In this document: positions 9,642 to 19,170 of the stretch, piece by piece | Position numbering within the stretch: the first letter of the stretch is position 1 | How the letters are laid out: the number at the start of each line of letters is the position of its first letter | Source of the DNA: Candidatus Multivoradales bacterium | GTDB lineage: Bacteria > Acidobacteriota > Thermoanaerobaculia > Multivoradales > JAHEKO01 | Direction of reading: 5' to 3' | Assembly (NCBI GenBank): GCA_965223855.1 | Contig: CBDCXM010000009.1 | Span: 2,880,001 to 2,944,000 of the forward strand | DNA: 64,000 bases | Translations under genes and position numbers: made by a program | The notes under the pieces: generated by a model | The model's database searches: none | Seen by the model: the letters and a program-made list of their open reading frames with translations, nothing else | What the model was told of the DNA's origin: nothing

Positions 9642-9989
9642 ATGAACCTGACCGACCTTCGAGATCTACTCCGGGAGTTCGCCCGCGATCGTGACTGGGA
9701 TCAGTTCCATTCACCGAAGAACCTGGCGATGGCACTCAGCGTAGAGGCTGCCGAGCTTCTCGAGCAATTCCAGTGGCTGACCGAGGGCGAGTCGAGGGAG
9801 CTGGACAAGCAGCAACTCGAGAGCGCGGCCGAGGAGATCGCGGACATCCAGATCTACCTCGTCCGGCTCGCGGACAAACTGGGGATAGACATCCTCGAAG
9901 CAGCCAGCACCAAGATGCGCGCCAATGCCGAGAAGTACCCGGCCGAGTCTGTCCGCGGCAGCGCGAAGAAGTACAGCGAGTACGAGTAG
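9642..9989 (+). CDS. MazG-like (DCTPP1/RS21-C6 type) nucleotide pyrophosphohydrolase
   Basis: RDWDQFHSPKNLAMALSVEAAELLE.FQW...EEIAD...KM..N..KYP. Confidence 0.9.
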   Translation: MNLTDLRDLLREFARDRDWDQFHSPKNLAMALSVEAAELLEQFQWLTEGESRELDKQQLESAAEEIADIQIYLVRLADKLGIDILEAASTKMRANAEKYPAESVRGSAKKYSEYE

Positions 9990-9998
9990 GCCGTCCTG

Positions 9999-12395
9999 AT
10001 GCTGGTCTACACGGCCACCAAGAGCGAGTTCGTCGCCGACGTTCAGTCGAATCGCATCGAGGCGAAGATCCTCGCCGAGTTCCAGTCGCGACTCGGCTTT
10101 TCGACCGGCGCGAGCGAGATCGCTGCCTGGCGGAACTCGATGCAGTACATGCAGAACGTCCTACTCGACGACGGCATCCCGGACGACAGCGGGGTAGCGA
10201 TCGAGTACCGCATTCCGATGACCGCGAAGAGGATCGACTTCATCCTGACGGGCCGGGACGGAAGCGATCGTGAGTCCGTGGTGATCATCGAACTGAAGCA
10301 ATGGTCAGAGGCGACATCGACGCCGCTCGATGCCATCGTTGAGACCTTCGTCGGAGGAGGCATGCGCGAGGTCGCTCATCCTTCGTACCAGGCGTGGACC
10401 TACGCGGCACTCCTGGACGATTTCAATCAGGAGGTGCAGAACTCCGATCTCAGGCTCGCTCCCTGCGCCTACCTACACAACCTCGAAGACGGTTCGTCTT
10501 TGCGAGAGGAGCACTATCGCGAGCATCTCGACCGGGCACCACTCTTCATCCGTTCAGATGTCGACCGACTGGCCCGTTTCATCAAGAACTATGTTCGCAA
10601 GGGCGACAGAGACGACCTGCTGTACAGGATCGATCAGGGGCGGATCCGCCCCTCGAAGAACTTGGCGGACAGCCTCAGTTCGCTGCTCGAGGGGAACACC
10701 GAGTTCCACATGATCGACGACCAGAAGGTCGTCTACGAGAAAGCGTTGGAGCTGGCAGCGAAGGCGGCGGAGGGGGAGAAACAGGTCCTGATCGTGGAGG
10801 GCGGACCGGGAACCGGGAAATCGGTGGTGGCCATCAACCTTCTGGTGGAACTCACTCGGAGACTGAAGACCACGCAGTACGTGACTCGAAACGCTGCTCC
10901 CCGCGCCGTGTACAAGAGCAAGCTCACAGGGACGATGACGGGGACTCGCTTCGACAACCTGTTCCGCAGCTCTGGCGGCTTCATGGAATCAGAACCGGAC
11001 GTCTTCGACTGTCTCATCGTCGACGAAGCCCACCGTCTCAACGAGAAGTCGGGGCTCTACCAGAACCTGGGCGTCAACCAGGTCAAGGAACTCATCGACG
11101 CCTCCAGATCGACCGTCTTCTTCGTCGACGATCGACAACGGGTCACCCTGAAGGACATCGGCACGGCATCGGAGATCCGGCATTGGGCCGCCATCGCAGG
11201 AGCTGAAGTGACCGAGCTGAAGCTGGCTTCCCAGTTCCGGTGCAACGGATCCGACGGCTATCTCGCCTGGCTCGACAACGCCCTTCAGATCGAGTCCACG
11301 GCCGTCGAGACACTCGAGGGCATCGATTTCGATTTCCGCGTGGTCGACTCGGCAGCTGAACTCCGCGATCTGATCCTCGACCGCAATGTCGCCGACAACA
11401 AGGCGAGGTTGGTGGCCGGCTACTGCTGGCCGTGGGCGAGCAAGAAGAATCCCGCAGCGATGGACATCGAGCTTGAGGACGGTGCGTTCCGGATGCAGTG
11501 GAACCTGACCAGGGACGGAGGGAACTGGATCATGATGCCGGACTCCGTCGAGCAGGTGGGGTGCATTCACACCTGTCAGGGGCTTGAGCTCGACTACGTC
11601 GGCGTCATCCTCGGGCCGGATCTGGTCGTGCGAAACGGCGAGGTGGTGACGGATGCGACCGAGCGCGCCAGCCAGGATCGCTCCGTGTTCGGCTACAAAA
11701 AGCGGAGCAGAGAAGACCCCGTGGGGATGGCGAGACTGGCAGCCGAGATCATCAAGAACACGTATCGCACCTTGATGACGCGAGGACAGAAGGGGTGCTA
11801 CGTGCATTCTGTCGATCCTGAGACGAACGCCTACCTCAAGGATGCGATTGGATCTCGAGTTCTTGGAAACGCCGAGTCGGAGGTGGAGCCGCTTCACCCC
11901 TTCCCTGTCGTCTCCGGAGAAGAGCTGCGGCCCTGGGAGAATGCCGTTCCGCTCTACGACCTCCAAGTGGCTGCTGGCGCCCTCAGCGAGGCGACCGAGC
12001 CCGAGGTTCTCGATTGGGTGGCGCTCCCGGAGCACTATCGAATCAGCGAGGGGCTCTTCGTCGCGCGTGTTGTTGGGGAATCGATGAACCGACGTGTCGC
12101 GAACGGTTCCTGGTGCCTCTTCAAGGCTCACCCGACCGGGAGTCGGGCTGGAAGAGTAGTGCTGGCGCAGCACCGAGAGATTTCCGATCCGGAGCTCGGC
12201 GGGCAATACACCCTCAAGCTCTACGAAGGCGGGCCGGCACTGGACGAGAGCGGCAGCCGAAGCGGTAGCGTCATCCTTAGACCGATGTCCACCGATTCAC
12301 GGTTTCAGCCCCTGGTTCTGTCTCAAGAAGTCGCCGAGGGACTGTCGGTGCTGGCTGAGCTGCTGGGAGTGCTCCTTCCCGGCTCGTCGCGTTAG
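9999..12395 (+). CDS. DUF2075 (Schlafen group 3-like) nuclease-helicase with C-terminal S24/LexA-like peptidase domain
   Basis: N-terminal IEY..P...RIDF...IIELKQW, Walker [33 protein letters not shown]. Tail has [17 protein letters not shown] and YTLK. Confidence 0.85.
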   Translation: MLVYTATKSEFVADVQSNRIEAKILAEFQSRLGFSTGASEIAAWRNSMQYMQNVLLDDGIPDDSGVAIEYRIPMTAKRIDFILTGRDGSDRESVVIIELKQWSEATSTPLDAIVETFVGGGMREVAHPSYQAWTYAALLDDFNQEVQNSDLRLAPCAYLHNLEDGSSLREEHYREHLDRAPLFIRSDVDRLARFIKNYVRKGDRDDLLYRIDQGRIRPSKNLADSLSSLLEGNTEFHMIDDQKVVYEKALELAAKAAEGEKQVLIVEGGPGTGKSVVAINLLVELTRRLKTTQYVTRNAAPRAVYKSKLTGTMTGTRFDNLFRSSGGFMESEPDVFDCLIVDEAHRLNEKSGLYQNLGVNQVKELIDASRSTVFFVDDRQRVTLKDIGTASEIRHWAAIAGAEVTELKLASQFRCNGSDGYLAWLDNALQIESTAVETLEGIDFDFRVVDSAAELRDLILDRNVADNKARLVAGYCWPWASKKNPAAMDIELEDGAFRMQWNLTRDGGNWIMMPDSVEQVGCIHTCQGLELDYVGVILGPDLVVRNGEVVTDATERASQDRSVFGYKKRSREDPVGMARLAAEIIKNTYRTLMTRGQKGCYVHSVDPETNAYLKDAIGSRVLGNAESEVEPLHPFPVVSGEELRPWENAVPLYDLQVAAGALSEATEPEVLDWVALPEHYRISEGLFVARVVGESMNRRVANGSWCLFKAHPTGSRAGRVVLAQHREISDPELGGQYTLKLYEGGPALDESGSRSGSVILRPMSTDSRFQPLVLSQEVAEGLSVLAELLGVLLPGSSR

Positions 12396-12441
12396 TCGAT
12401 CGCGAGAAAGCCGCGCAGAATCGAGTGGCACCTCCAGAGGG

Positions 12442-12546
12442 GGTGAAGGGGAGGATGACGCGGCCGTACTGCGACTGTTTGAAGTCGCCGCGCAGGAGGT
12501 CGGCGACGGACCAGATGAAGGAGACCTTTTCGGAGAAGCGGTTCAT
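12442..12546 (-). pseudogene. hsdM: Truncated 5' fragment of a type I restriction-modification methyltransferase gene
   Basis: [35 protein letters not shown] matches the HsdM N-terminus, then similarity stops abruptly. GAGG SD upstream. Confidence 0.75.
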
Positions 12547-12568
12547 GGCGTGCCTCGGGGAGCGCTTT

Positions 12569-13705
12569 CTATTGGAGTGCGCCGCTCTTGTGGGTTTCGA
12601 GGAACCAATCGAGGACTACCAGGAAGTCGTTCATCCTGGATTCTTCGGCCAGCAGTGCGATGGGTATCGACGGCCGCTTGCGGAGGCGATCGCGGGGGAG
12701 TTCGATCCCGTCGATGGAGGTGAAGCGCTCGAACAGCTCTTCGAGGACGGCGTCGTCGTCGAAGGGGGCGCGACGCAGAAGGTGTTGAAACTGGAACTCG
12801 ACGCCGCCTCCGGTCCACAACGCGATCACACTCGACCAGACGCCATTGACGGTCAGGCCAGGGAAGAAGGACCCGGACTGGGCACCCTCGCCCCAGTAGA
12901 ACTCCGGCATCCGGTCTTTAGCCCAGGTGAAGAGCCTGCGGGCCGGAGCTACGGCCGCCGGATCGTTCGCCTCGAGCTCGCGGAAGAACGACTCTTCGTC
13001 CCACTTCCTCTTGGTGGTACCCGATTTCCGTTGGGTCGCCGCCGTTTGGCCGAGGAGCCTGGGAACGAGTGTCTGCAAGCCGCGGCCCGAGAACTGCTTG
13101 ATCTCCACGGCGAGGACTTCGGTCGTTCCCATCTGCTCGTTGAGGAACTCGACGACTCTTCGAAGCTCTGAGGGTACCCAGTCGGCAACGAACAGGAGGC
13201 GAAGGCGCCCTGCCGAGAGGTTCGCGCCGACCCGGACCCAAAAGTCGTCGTAGTCGAGGTCCTCCGGTTCTTCTTCGAGGAGGTCGGCTACCCTGGCAGC
13301 GGCGGCCGCGGAGTCCTCGTGTCGCTCCTCGAAGCGGCGGCGCAGCTCCTGAACCGGCAGGTGGGCGACGAGATTGGCGGCGTAGTCGAGTACTTGCCCT
13401 ACAACCTCTCGTCGAATGCGAGGATCGTCCGCACGCTTGACCTCAACAAGAGTCGGTATAGCGTCCTGATCGACGAACAGGTGGTCGAGCGACCACCAGT
13501 TGCCGCCTTCGGGTTCGTTGGGAATACCGCACTCCCGGTCGATGAGAATCCACCGGCGGGGAGTATGCTCGTTGATCTGATCCCCACCGAGCAGGTCGGG
13601 GTAGTCCTCGAGGAGGGCCTGAAGAAGATCCTCGGAGTCGTAGTCGGTCTCGTCGAGGGGGCTCAGGGAGCCCTTCTGATCGAGGAGGAAGATGCGCCGA
13701 GGCAT
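12569..13705 (-). CDS. NucS-like PD-(D/E)xK nuclease domain protein
   Basis: SEDLLQ.LL..YPDLL...LDHLFVD......LVEVK....[14 protein letters not shown]-terminal domain follows a 'KWDEESFF' linker. Confidence 0.75.
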   Translation of the reverse strand: MPRRIFLLDQKGSLSPLDETDYDSEDLLQALLEDYPDLLGGDQINEHTPRRWILIDRECGIPNEPEGGNWWSLDHLFVDQDAIPTLVEVKRADDPRIRREVVGQVLDYAANLVAHLPVQELRRRFEERHEDSAAAAARVADLLEEEPEDLDYDDFWVRVGANLSAGRLRLLFVADWVPSELRRVVEFLNEQMGTTEVLAVEIKQFSGRGLQTLVPRLLGQTAATQRKSGTTKRKWDEESFFRELEANDPAAVAPARRLFTWAKDRMPEFYWGEGAQSGSFFPGLTVNGVWSSVIALWTGGGVEFQFQHLLRRAPFDDDAVLEELFERFTSIDGIELPRDRLRKRPSIPIALLAEESRMNDFLVVLDWFLETHKSGALQ

Positions 13706-13898
13706 GTGGCTTTCATCGGAAGTAGGAGCGGTCCGATGCGGTTCTCTGCAAATCGGTGTGGCGAGTGCGGCGCACTATATCGACTTGGGGCCTCCGCCCC
13801 TTCTACTTGCACTAGCGGTTGCCGGTGACGCCTGGCTGGTGGCCTCGTGCTCTGACAACGTGAAGCCGGTACGTGAAGTGGGAGTCAGCGCTCCGAGG

Positions 13899-14240
13899 TC
13901 AGGAACGAGGAGCGGAGGATCCTGCGCTCTCTTCGAAGAAGCAAGCGCGCAGCTCGTGTTCGTAGTCGCCCATTCCAGCCTCCTCGAGGAGATTGGCGAC
14001 AATCTGCCGATGGAGCGGCCGAAGGCGCTCGTTGACGAGGGTGGTCTGAGAGTAGGCTGAACTCCCCTTGCTCTTGAGTCCCTGGATCAGCCGCTCACGA
14101 AAGTCGATCTCTCGATGGACTTGGTCGGAGAGGAGGGCAAGAGTGCCAACTCTCGACGTTCGGTTCATCTCTCTGCGCTGGAGCAACAGCGCACAGACGG
14201 CAATCAGGGTTCCACCGAACCCGATGAGAATCTCAATCAC
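13899..14240 (-). CDS. Small hypothetical protein with one N-terminal TM helix
   Basis: GGAGG SD before GTG 14240. VIEILIGFGGTLIAVCALLL is hydrophobic and is followed by a charged helical region. Confidence 0.55.
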   Translation of the reverse strand: MIEILIGFGGTLIAVCALLLQRREMNRTSRVGTLALLSDQVHREIDFRERLIQGLKSKGSSAYSQTTLVNERLRPLHRQIVANLLEEAGMGDYEHELRACFFEESAGSSAPRS

Positions 14241-14622
14241 ACTGCCTCCCCGTGTTGTCACCGCGGCGTTTCGCGGTGTGTTCAGGACGCAATCATAGTA
14301 CGCAATATGCAAGTTCTTGGTGGCTCACCTGGGGGGTGGAGAGGGTGTCTCGCACTCGACTCTCGAGAAGGAGGCGCAAGGATTGTCTGGGCGCCGCGAT
14401 TCACCTGCGTGGGGTGCAGTCGCGACGGAGGACAAAGAGGAGTCGTAGGGCGGGTGCCGTTGATGCTGTCCCAGACGGCTTCATCCCGCGTCAGCACTAT
14501 GTCGATGTGCAGACGCCCATCGACGAGAACTCGGCGAGGTTGGGCGAGGGCTGAGCACTGCGTTCGCGCAGCGAGCCGGTGACCGTTGGTTGCAGGAGCC
14601 TGTTGCCAGGCGCTGTCGGAGG

Positions 14623-14883
14623 TCAGGCTTCGTCGATCGCGGCCTTGAGCGGGAACCTCTCCGGGTGCTCGATGGACTCGACGGCGAGGTCCACATCGAG
14701 TTCTGGCCAGTAGAGGTGGTGGTTCTGCGGACGCTCCACGTTCAGGATCGCCTCGACCGATGCTCCCTTGAACCAGGGGAACTCCTCGAAGGGAAGGAAG
14801 AGTTCACGATCCCCAAGAAACACCCAGAAACCGTGCCGAGAGATGTTGGTGATCTCAGCCTCCGAAATGACGCTGCCAGGCAT
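14623..14883 (-). CDS. DUF2442 protein
   Basis: ISRHGFWV...ELFLPFEEFPWF...I.NV......LYWPELDVDL..ESIEHPERFPL. Confidence 0.85.
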   Translation of the reverse strand: MPGSVISEAEITNISRHGFWVFLGDRELFLPFEEFPWFKGASVEAILNVERPQNHHLYWPELDVDLAVESIEHPERFPLKAAIDEA

Positions 14884-15094
14884 TCCAGATCTCCCGCTCG
14901 TGTTCCTCGATGAGTTTCTCTATCCGGCGAAGGTCCGGGCTTCCGAAGCCGTAGTTCCTGGCGAGCTCGATCTCGGGCTCGACCCAGAACTTCGCCTCAC
15001 CTTCTGCCGAGACGACATGGATGTGGATCCTGGGTTCCTCCCGCGAGAAAAAGAAGAAGCGGAACGGTCCCGCGCGGAAGACTGTCGGACTCAC
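14855..15094 (-). CDS. DUF4160 protein (partner of DUF2442; TA-like pair)
   Basis: MSPTVFR...FRFFFFSREE.RIHIHV....GEAKFW.EP.I.LA.N.G...W..HF. Confidence 0.85.
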   Translation of the reverse strand: MSPTVFRAGPFRFFFFSREEPRIHIHVVSAEGEAKFWVEPEIELARNYGFGSPDLRRIEKLIEEHEREIWNAWQRHFGG

Positions 15095-15221
15095 CGGCCT
15101 ATTCTATCGCCCATCAGAGTCTGACCCCTCGTGCCGCCGAGGGGCCGTTGCCACTGCGCCCCCGATCCCCTATGATCCCGTCGCTCAGACGGACTGGCCC
15201 GCCAGGCGCCGTCAACCAGAA

Positions 15222-15297
15222 GCCGATGTAGCTCAGCTGGTAGAGCAGCTGATTCGTAATCAGCAGGTCAGCGGTTCGAGTCCGCTCATCGGCTCCA
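15222..15297 (+). tRNA. tRNA-Thr(CGT)
   Basis: GCCGATG acceptor pairs with CATCGGC, followed by T-CCA. D-arm GCTC/GAGC, anticodon arm GCTGA-TTCGTAA-TCAGC, T-loop GGTTCGAGTCC. 76 nt. Confidence 0.97.
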
Positions 15298-15357
15298 CAG
15301 TCAGCCTGGCACCCAGTTCACGCATCCACTCCGTTGCACGCGGGGTAGGATCGCCGC

Positions 15358-16767
15358 ATGTTCTCGATCGACACGTATGTCTCCCGCCGGCGTCGGCTGG
15401 CGGAACGGATGAGTGCGGCCGGAGCGAGCGGCCTTGTGCTGGTGATGGGCAACGACGAGGCGCCGCTCAACTACCGGGACAACCACTATCCGTTCCGGCA
15501 GGATTCCTCGTTTCTCTACTTCTTCGGCTTGAATGAGGCGAATCTGGCCGGGGTGATCGATCTCGACAGCGGGGCGGAGACGCTCTTCGGGCACGAGCCG
15601 ACGCTCGACGACATCGTCTGGACGGGGCCGTTGCCGTCGCTGGGGGAGCGGGCGGAGAGTGTCGGAGTCGGGGCGGCGATGGATATCGGCCACCTGGGAG
15701 AGACGGTGCAGCGGGCGCGCTCGGAGGGGCGCACGGTGCACGTGCTGCCGGCGTACCGCGGCGACGGCGTGTTGAAGCTCGCCGGGGTGCTGGGGATCGC
15801 TCCTTCGGAGGTCGAGGGGGCGGTGTCGGAGGCGCTGGTGCGCTCTGTGATCGCGTTGCGCTCGCCCAAGGAGGCACGGGAGGTCGCCGAGATCGAGAAG
15901 GCGCTCGAGGTGTCGTTCCACACGCATACGGCGGCGATGAAGGCGACGAGGCCGGGGCGCTACGAGTGGGAGGTGGTGCGGAAGGTCGAGGCGTGCCATG
16001 CCCGGCATGGCTCGCCGGTGTCGTTTCCGATCATCCTGAGCGTGCGCGGCGAGGTGCTCCACAACCATGCGCACGGCAACCGGATGGAGCCGGGGCAGCT
16101 GGTGGTGCACGACTCGGGGGCGACATCGCCGGAGGGGTACGCCTCGGACATCACGCGGACGTTTCCCGTGTCCGGGACGTTCGATACCCGGCAGCGAGAG
16201 ATCTACACGATCGTGCTGGAGGCGCTGGAGGAGGCGACGCGGGCGGTGAAGCCGGGGATGCCGTTCATCGACGTCTACAAGACGGCGGCGCGCTCGCAGA
16301 TGGAGGGGCTGAAGGCGCTCGGGCTGGTGCGGGGCGACACCCATGAAGCTGTGGAGCAGGGAGCGCATGCGGCGTTCCTGCAGTGCGGTACCGGGCACAT
16401 GATCGGGCTCGACGTCCACGACATGGAGGGGCTGGGCGAGGAGCTGGTGGGCTACGACGACACGATCCGGCGCTCGGAGCTCTTCGGGGTCTGCTACGTG
16501 CGGCTCGGGCGCGCGCTCGAGGCGGACTGGGTGGTGGCGGTGGAGCCGGGGATCTACTTCATCCCCGAGCTGATCGACCGCTGGTCGGCGGAGGGGAAGT
16601 ACGCCGACTTCATCGACTGGGAGAAGGTCGCGGCCTACCAGGACTTCGGCGGGGTGCGGATCGAGGACGACGTGCTGGTGACCGCCGACGGCCACCGGGT
16701 GCTGGGGCCGCCGATTCCGAAGACGGTGGCGGATGTCGAGGCGATCGTGGGGCAGGACGAGGAGTAG
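15358..16767 (+). CDS. pepP: Xaa-Pro aminopeptidase (M24B)
   Basis: YPFRQDSSFLY.FG, DSG...YASDITRT, GH.IGLDVHD, VEPGIYF, GVRIEDD. Confidence 0.9.
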   Translation: MFSIDTYVSRRRRLAERMSAAGASGLVLVMGNDEAPLNYRDNHYPFRQDSSFLYFFGLNEANLAGVIDLDSGAETLFGHEPTLDDIVWTGPLPSLGERAESVGVGAAMDIGHLGETVQRARSEGRTVHVLPAYRGDGVLKLAGVLGIAPSEVEGAVSEALVRSVIALRSPKEAREVAEIEKALEVSFHTHTAAMKATRPGRYEWEVVRKVEACHARHGSPVSFPIILSVRGEVLHNHAHGNRMEPGQLVVHDSGATSPEGYASDITRTFPVSGTFDTRQREIYTIVLEALEEATRAVKPGMPFIDVYKTAARSQMEGLKALGLVRGDTHEAVEQGAHAAFLQCGTGHMIGLDVHDMEGLGEELVGYDDTIRRSELFGVCYVRLGRALEADWVVAVEPGIYFIPELIDRWSAEGKYADFIDWEKVAAYQDFGGVRIEDDVLVTADGHRVLGPPIPKTVADVEAIVGQDEE

Positions 16768-16774
16768 GCCCGGC

Positions 16775-16845
16775 GGGAGCTTTTAACGAAAACCCGGCTT
16801 TCCGTTAAGTTCTCCCGAGGCTTTTTTAGGGCTCTTCAAAGCCTC
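16775..16845. terminator. Tandem hairpins between convergent genes (intrinsic terminator)
   Basis: GGGAG..TTAACG/CGTTAA..CTCCC (16775-16816) followed by a T run (16822-16827). Second stem GAGGCTTT/AAAGCCTC (16817-16845). Confidence 0.6.
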
Positions 16846-18078
16846 TCAACCGCCGTCACCATCGTCCCCGTCCTCCTGTTCCCCGTCGTCTTCTTCGCTG
16901 TCGTTGTTGTTCTGTTCTGCGCTGTTCTGGTTGTTGTCGCTGCCCCGACGGCCGAAGCGCCGGAAGAGCCGCCCCGGGCCGGTGTCGGACTCGCGCAGCT
17001 GCTGGAGGTACATCCGTCGCATGCTGCGGACGGGCTGGCTCATGTCCGGGAGCTCCTGGCTGGTGATTTCGAGGAGCTCGTAGTCGTCCGGCAGGTTGCC
17101 GCCGTGGATGTAGTCGAGGAAGCCGTCGTCGACCGGCAGCACCGCGGCGAGGACCACTTCGAAGGCACTGCCGGCGGGGAGCGGGATCGGGGCGGCTCGT
17201 GAGATGGTTCGTTGCGTCATCGCGCCCGCCAGGGGAAGCCCCTTGTGGGCGATAGCGGCGAAGTTGAGGGTCAGGCCACCCCCCATGAGGCCGAACCAGC
17301 CTGACTCCAGGACCGCGGCCGCAAAGTCGCGGTAGAAGGCGGCGAAGATCGGTGCCCCGCGGTGGTCGGGTGCCAGCCAGATCTCGCCGTCGGTCGTGAC
17401 CTCCGCCTTGAGCACCCCCGTGCCCGCGGAGACCTTGAAGTTGTACTTGTGTCGCTGCGCTCTGGTGTGGGCAATCTCCCGCCAGTCGTCGAAGTCATCG
17501 ATGTTGCCGATATTGGAGGCTCCGGTCGGGATGTGGGTGGCTACCAGGGGATGGTGGCGCATCACGCGCCGCAGCTCGTGATCGGCGAAGGCCATGGTCG
17601 GTGGCGAGCCGTTCTTCCACACCATCGACTGGCCCTGGACGTTCATGCGCACCGCGTTCGGGGTGACCAGCATGACGAAGCCCTGGCGGTTGTCGCGCTC
17701 GGACAACTCGTCGAGTGCCATCAGAAGCTGAGGCATGACTCCGGGGCTTGCCATGCCATTGCCCACGAGAAGCTGAGTCAGGGTCCGAGAATCCTGTACC
17801 TCGTCCGAACTGGCGATCGCGTTGAAGGTCCTCTCGAGCCCCTCTGGGGTAAGGCCCACCACCTCGGCCAGGTCCACGCCGCCGCCGTAGACCACCGCGC
17901 CGGCGAGGAGAACAGCGCGCTGAGAGTCCTCGTCGGTGGTGACGACGACCCCATCGGTTTCGTCGGGCTCCGCAGTGGCGGGAGTTTGAGCCGGAGCCGC
18001 GGAAGCGATGAGGGCGGCGGCCACCAGGAGGCCGCCGGCTCTCACGGCGTTCGAGAGAGGGGAGACGCGTGTCTGCAT
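16846..18078 (-). CDS. Secreted hypothetical protein with acidic Asn/Asp/Glu-rich tail
   Basis: MQTRVS...LLVAAALIASAAPA signal peptide, with GGAGGA upstream. No family recognised with confidence. Confidence 0.65.
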   Translation of the reverse strand: MQTRVSPLSNAVRAGGLLVAAALIASAAPAQTPATAEPDETDGVVVTTDEDSQRAVLLAGAVVYGGGVDLAEVVGLTPEGLERTFNAIASSDEVQDSRTLTQLLVGNGMASPGVMPQLLMALDELSERDNRQGFVMLVTPNAVRMNVQGQSMVWKNGSPPTMAFADHELRRVMRHHPLVATHIPTGASNIGNIDDFDDWREIAHTRAQRHKYNFKVSAGTGVLKAEVTTDGEIWLAPDHRGAPIFAAFYRDFAAAVLESGWFGLMGGGLTLNFAAIAHKGLPLAGAMTQRTISRAAPIPLPAGSAFEVVLAAVLPVDDGFLDYIHGGNLPDDYELLEITSQELPDMSQPVRSMRRMYLQQLRESDTGPGRLFRRFGRRGSDNNQNSAEQNNNDSEEDDGEQEDGDDGDGG

Positions 18079-18188
18079 GACTCTGTCCTCCGGTCGGGAC
18101 GCGCGGTGTAAGTGGCGGATGTCGAGGCTTGGAAGCGTACCAAGGACCCGAGAGCGGACTCGGCAGAGTCGTGGCGTGTCCGGGGTGG

Positions 18189-19160
18189 TCAGAGATCTAC
18201 CTTCGTGCCAAAGCCGCGATCCTCCGCGACCCTCAGTACGGCGCTGCCGGCGGCGAGGTCCTGGACGGCGAGGCCGACGGACTTGAAGAAGGTGAGGCCG
18301 GCGGGGTCGTGGGTGTAGCCGCCCTGTTCCTCCACGTTGCCGAGCTCGGTCCATTCGCTGGGATGGGTGACCCCGGCGGCGATCGCCTGGACGAGATCAC
18401 CCGGTTCCTGGGTGCAAGAGGCGACCGAGTCGACGTAGATGCGGGAACGGGCGACGGTGTCGAGATCGACCTCGCTGGCGTCGGGGGTGAAGCTGCCGAC
18501 GCCGGTGACGTGGGTGCCGGGGGTGAGGTCGATGCCGGCGAAGACCGGTTCGTTCGATGTCGTGGCCGCGGTGACGACCTGGGCGCGTTCGACTGCGGCC
18601 GTGGGGGAGTCCACGGCGACGAGTCGCGCGTCCACCTGGTCGCGATACCGATCGACGAACGCTTCCCGGGTCGCTGGCGTGCGGGCGTAGACCCGGATCT
18701 CTTCGAAGTCGCGCACCGCGTCCATGGCGAGGAGCTGCGTGACCGCCTGATCGCCGGCGCCGAAGAGGGCGCCGACCGAGGCATCGGGAGCGGCGAGGAG
18801 GTCGGTCGCGGCCCCTCCGGCCGCGCCGGTACGCCAGGCGGTGAGGAAGGTGCCGTCCAGAAGGGCGGTCGGGATGCCGGTGGCGAGATCGAGGAGTACG
18901 ACGAGGCCGGGGACGACGGGGAGGTCCCTCGAAGCATTGCCGGGGAAGACGGAGACAATCTTGGCTCCGAGCGCTCTACCCGGGAGATGGCCGGGTTTGA
19001 CGAGCACGGTGCCTTCCTCGCCGACCGGGAAGACCACCCTCTGAGGGATCTCGGCACGGCCGGCGGAGAAGTCGGCGAACGCCTGCTTCATCACCGCGAT
19101 GCAGTCGCGCATCGGCAGCGCCCGCCGGATGTCGTCGGCCGACAACAGGCGCAGCTTCAT
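18189..19160 (-). CDS. Ornithine cyclodeaminase/mu-crystallin family; likely delta1-pyrroline-2-carboxylate reductase
   Basis: K.VSVFPGN, LT.WRTGA, GAGDQA, FKSVGLAVQD. Co-transcribed with a proline-racemase-family gene. Confidence 0.85.
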   Translation of the reverse strand: MKLRLLSADDIRRALPMRDCIAVMKQAFADFSAGRAEIPQRVVFPVGEEGTVLVKPGHLPGRALGAKIVSVFPGNASRDLPVVPGLVVLLDLATGIPTALLDGTFLTAWRTGAAGGAATDLLAAPDASVGALFGAGDQAVTQLLAMDAVRDFEEIRVYARTPATREAFVDRYRDQVDARLVAVDSPTAAVERAQVVTAATTSNEPVFAGIDLTPGTHVTGVGSFTPDASEVDLDTVARSRIYVDSVASCTQEPGDLVQAIAAGVTHPSEWTELGNVEEQGGYTHDPAGLTFFKSVGLAVQDLAAGSAVLRVAEDRGFGTKVDL

Positions 19161-19170
19161 CGCTCGCCGG

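Noticed and set aside
13706-14622. Integron attC sites or additional small genes in the island spacers
   Set aside because: No convincing RYYYAAC...GTTRRRY pairs with inner boxes. The short overlapping ORFs lack motifs and ribosome-binding sites.
15222-15297. tRNA-Thr as the attachment site of an integrated element
   Set aside because: I found no duplicate of the tRNA 3' end and no integrase in the window, and the accessory DNA is on the 5' side.
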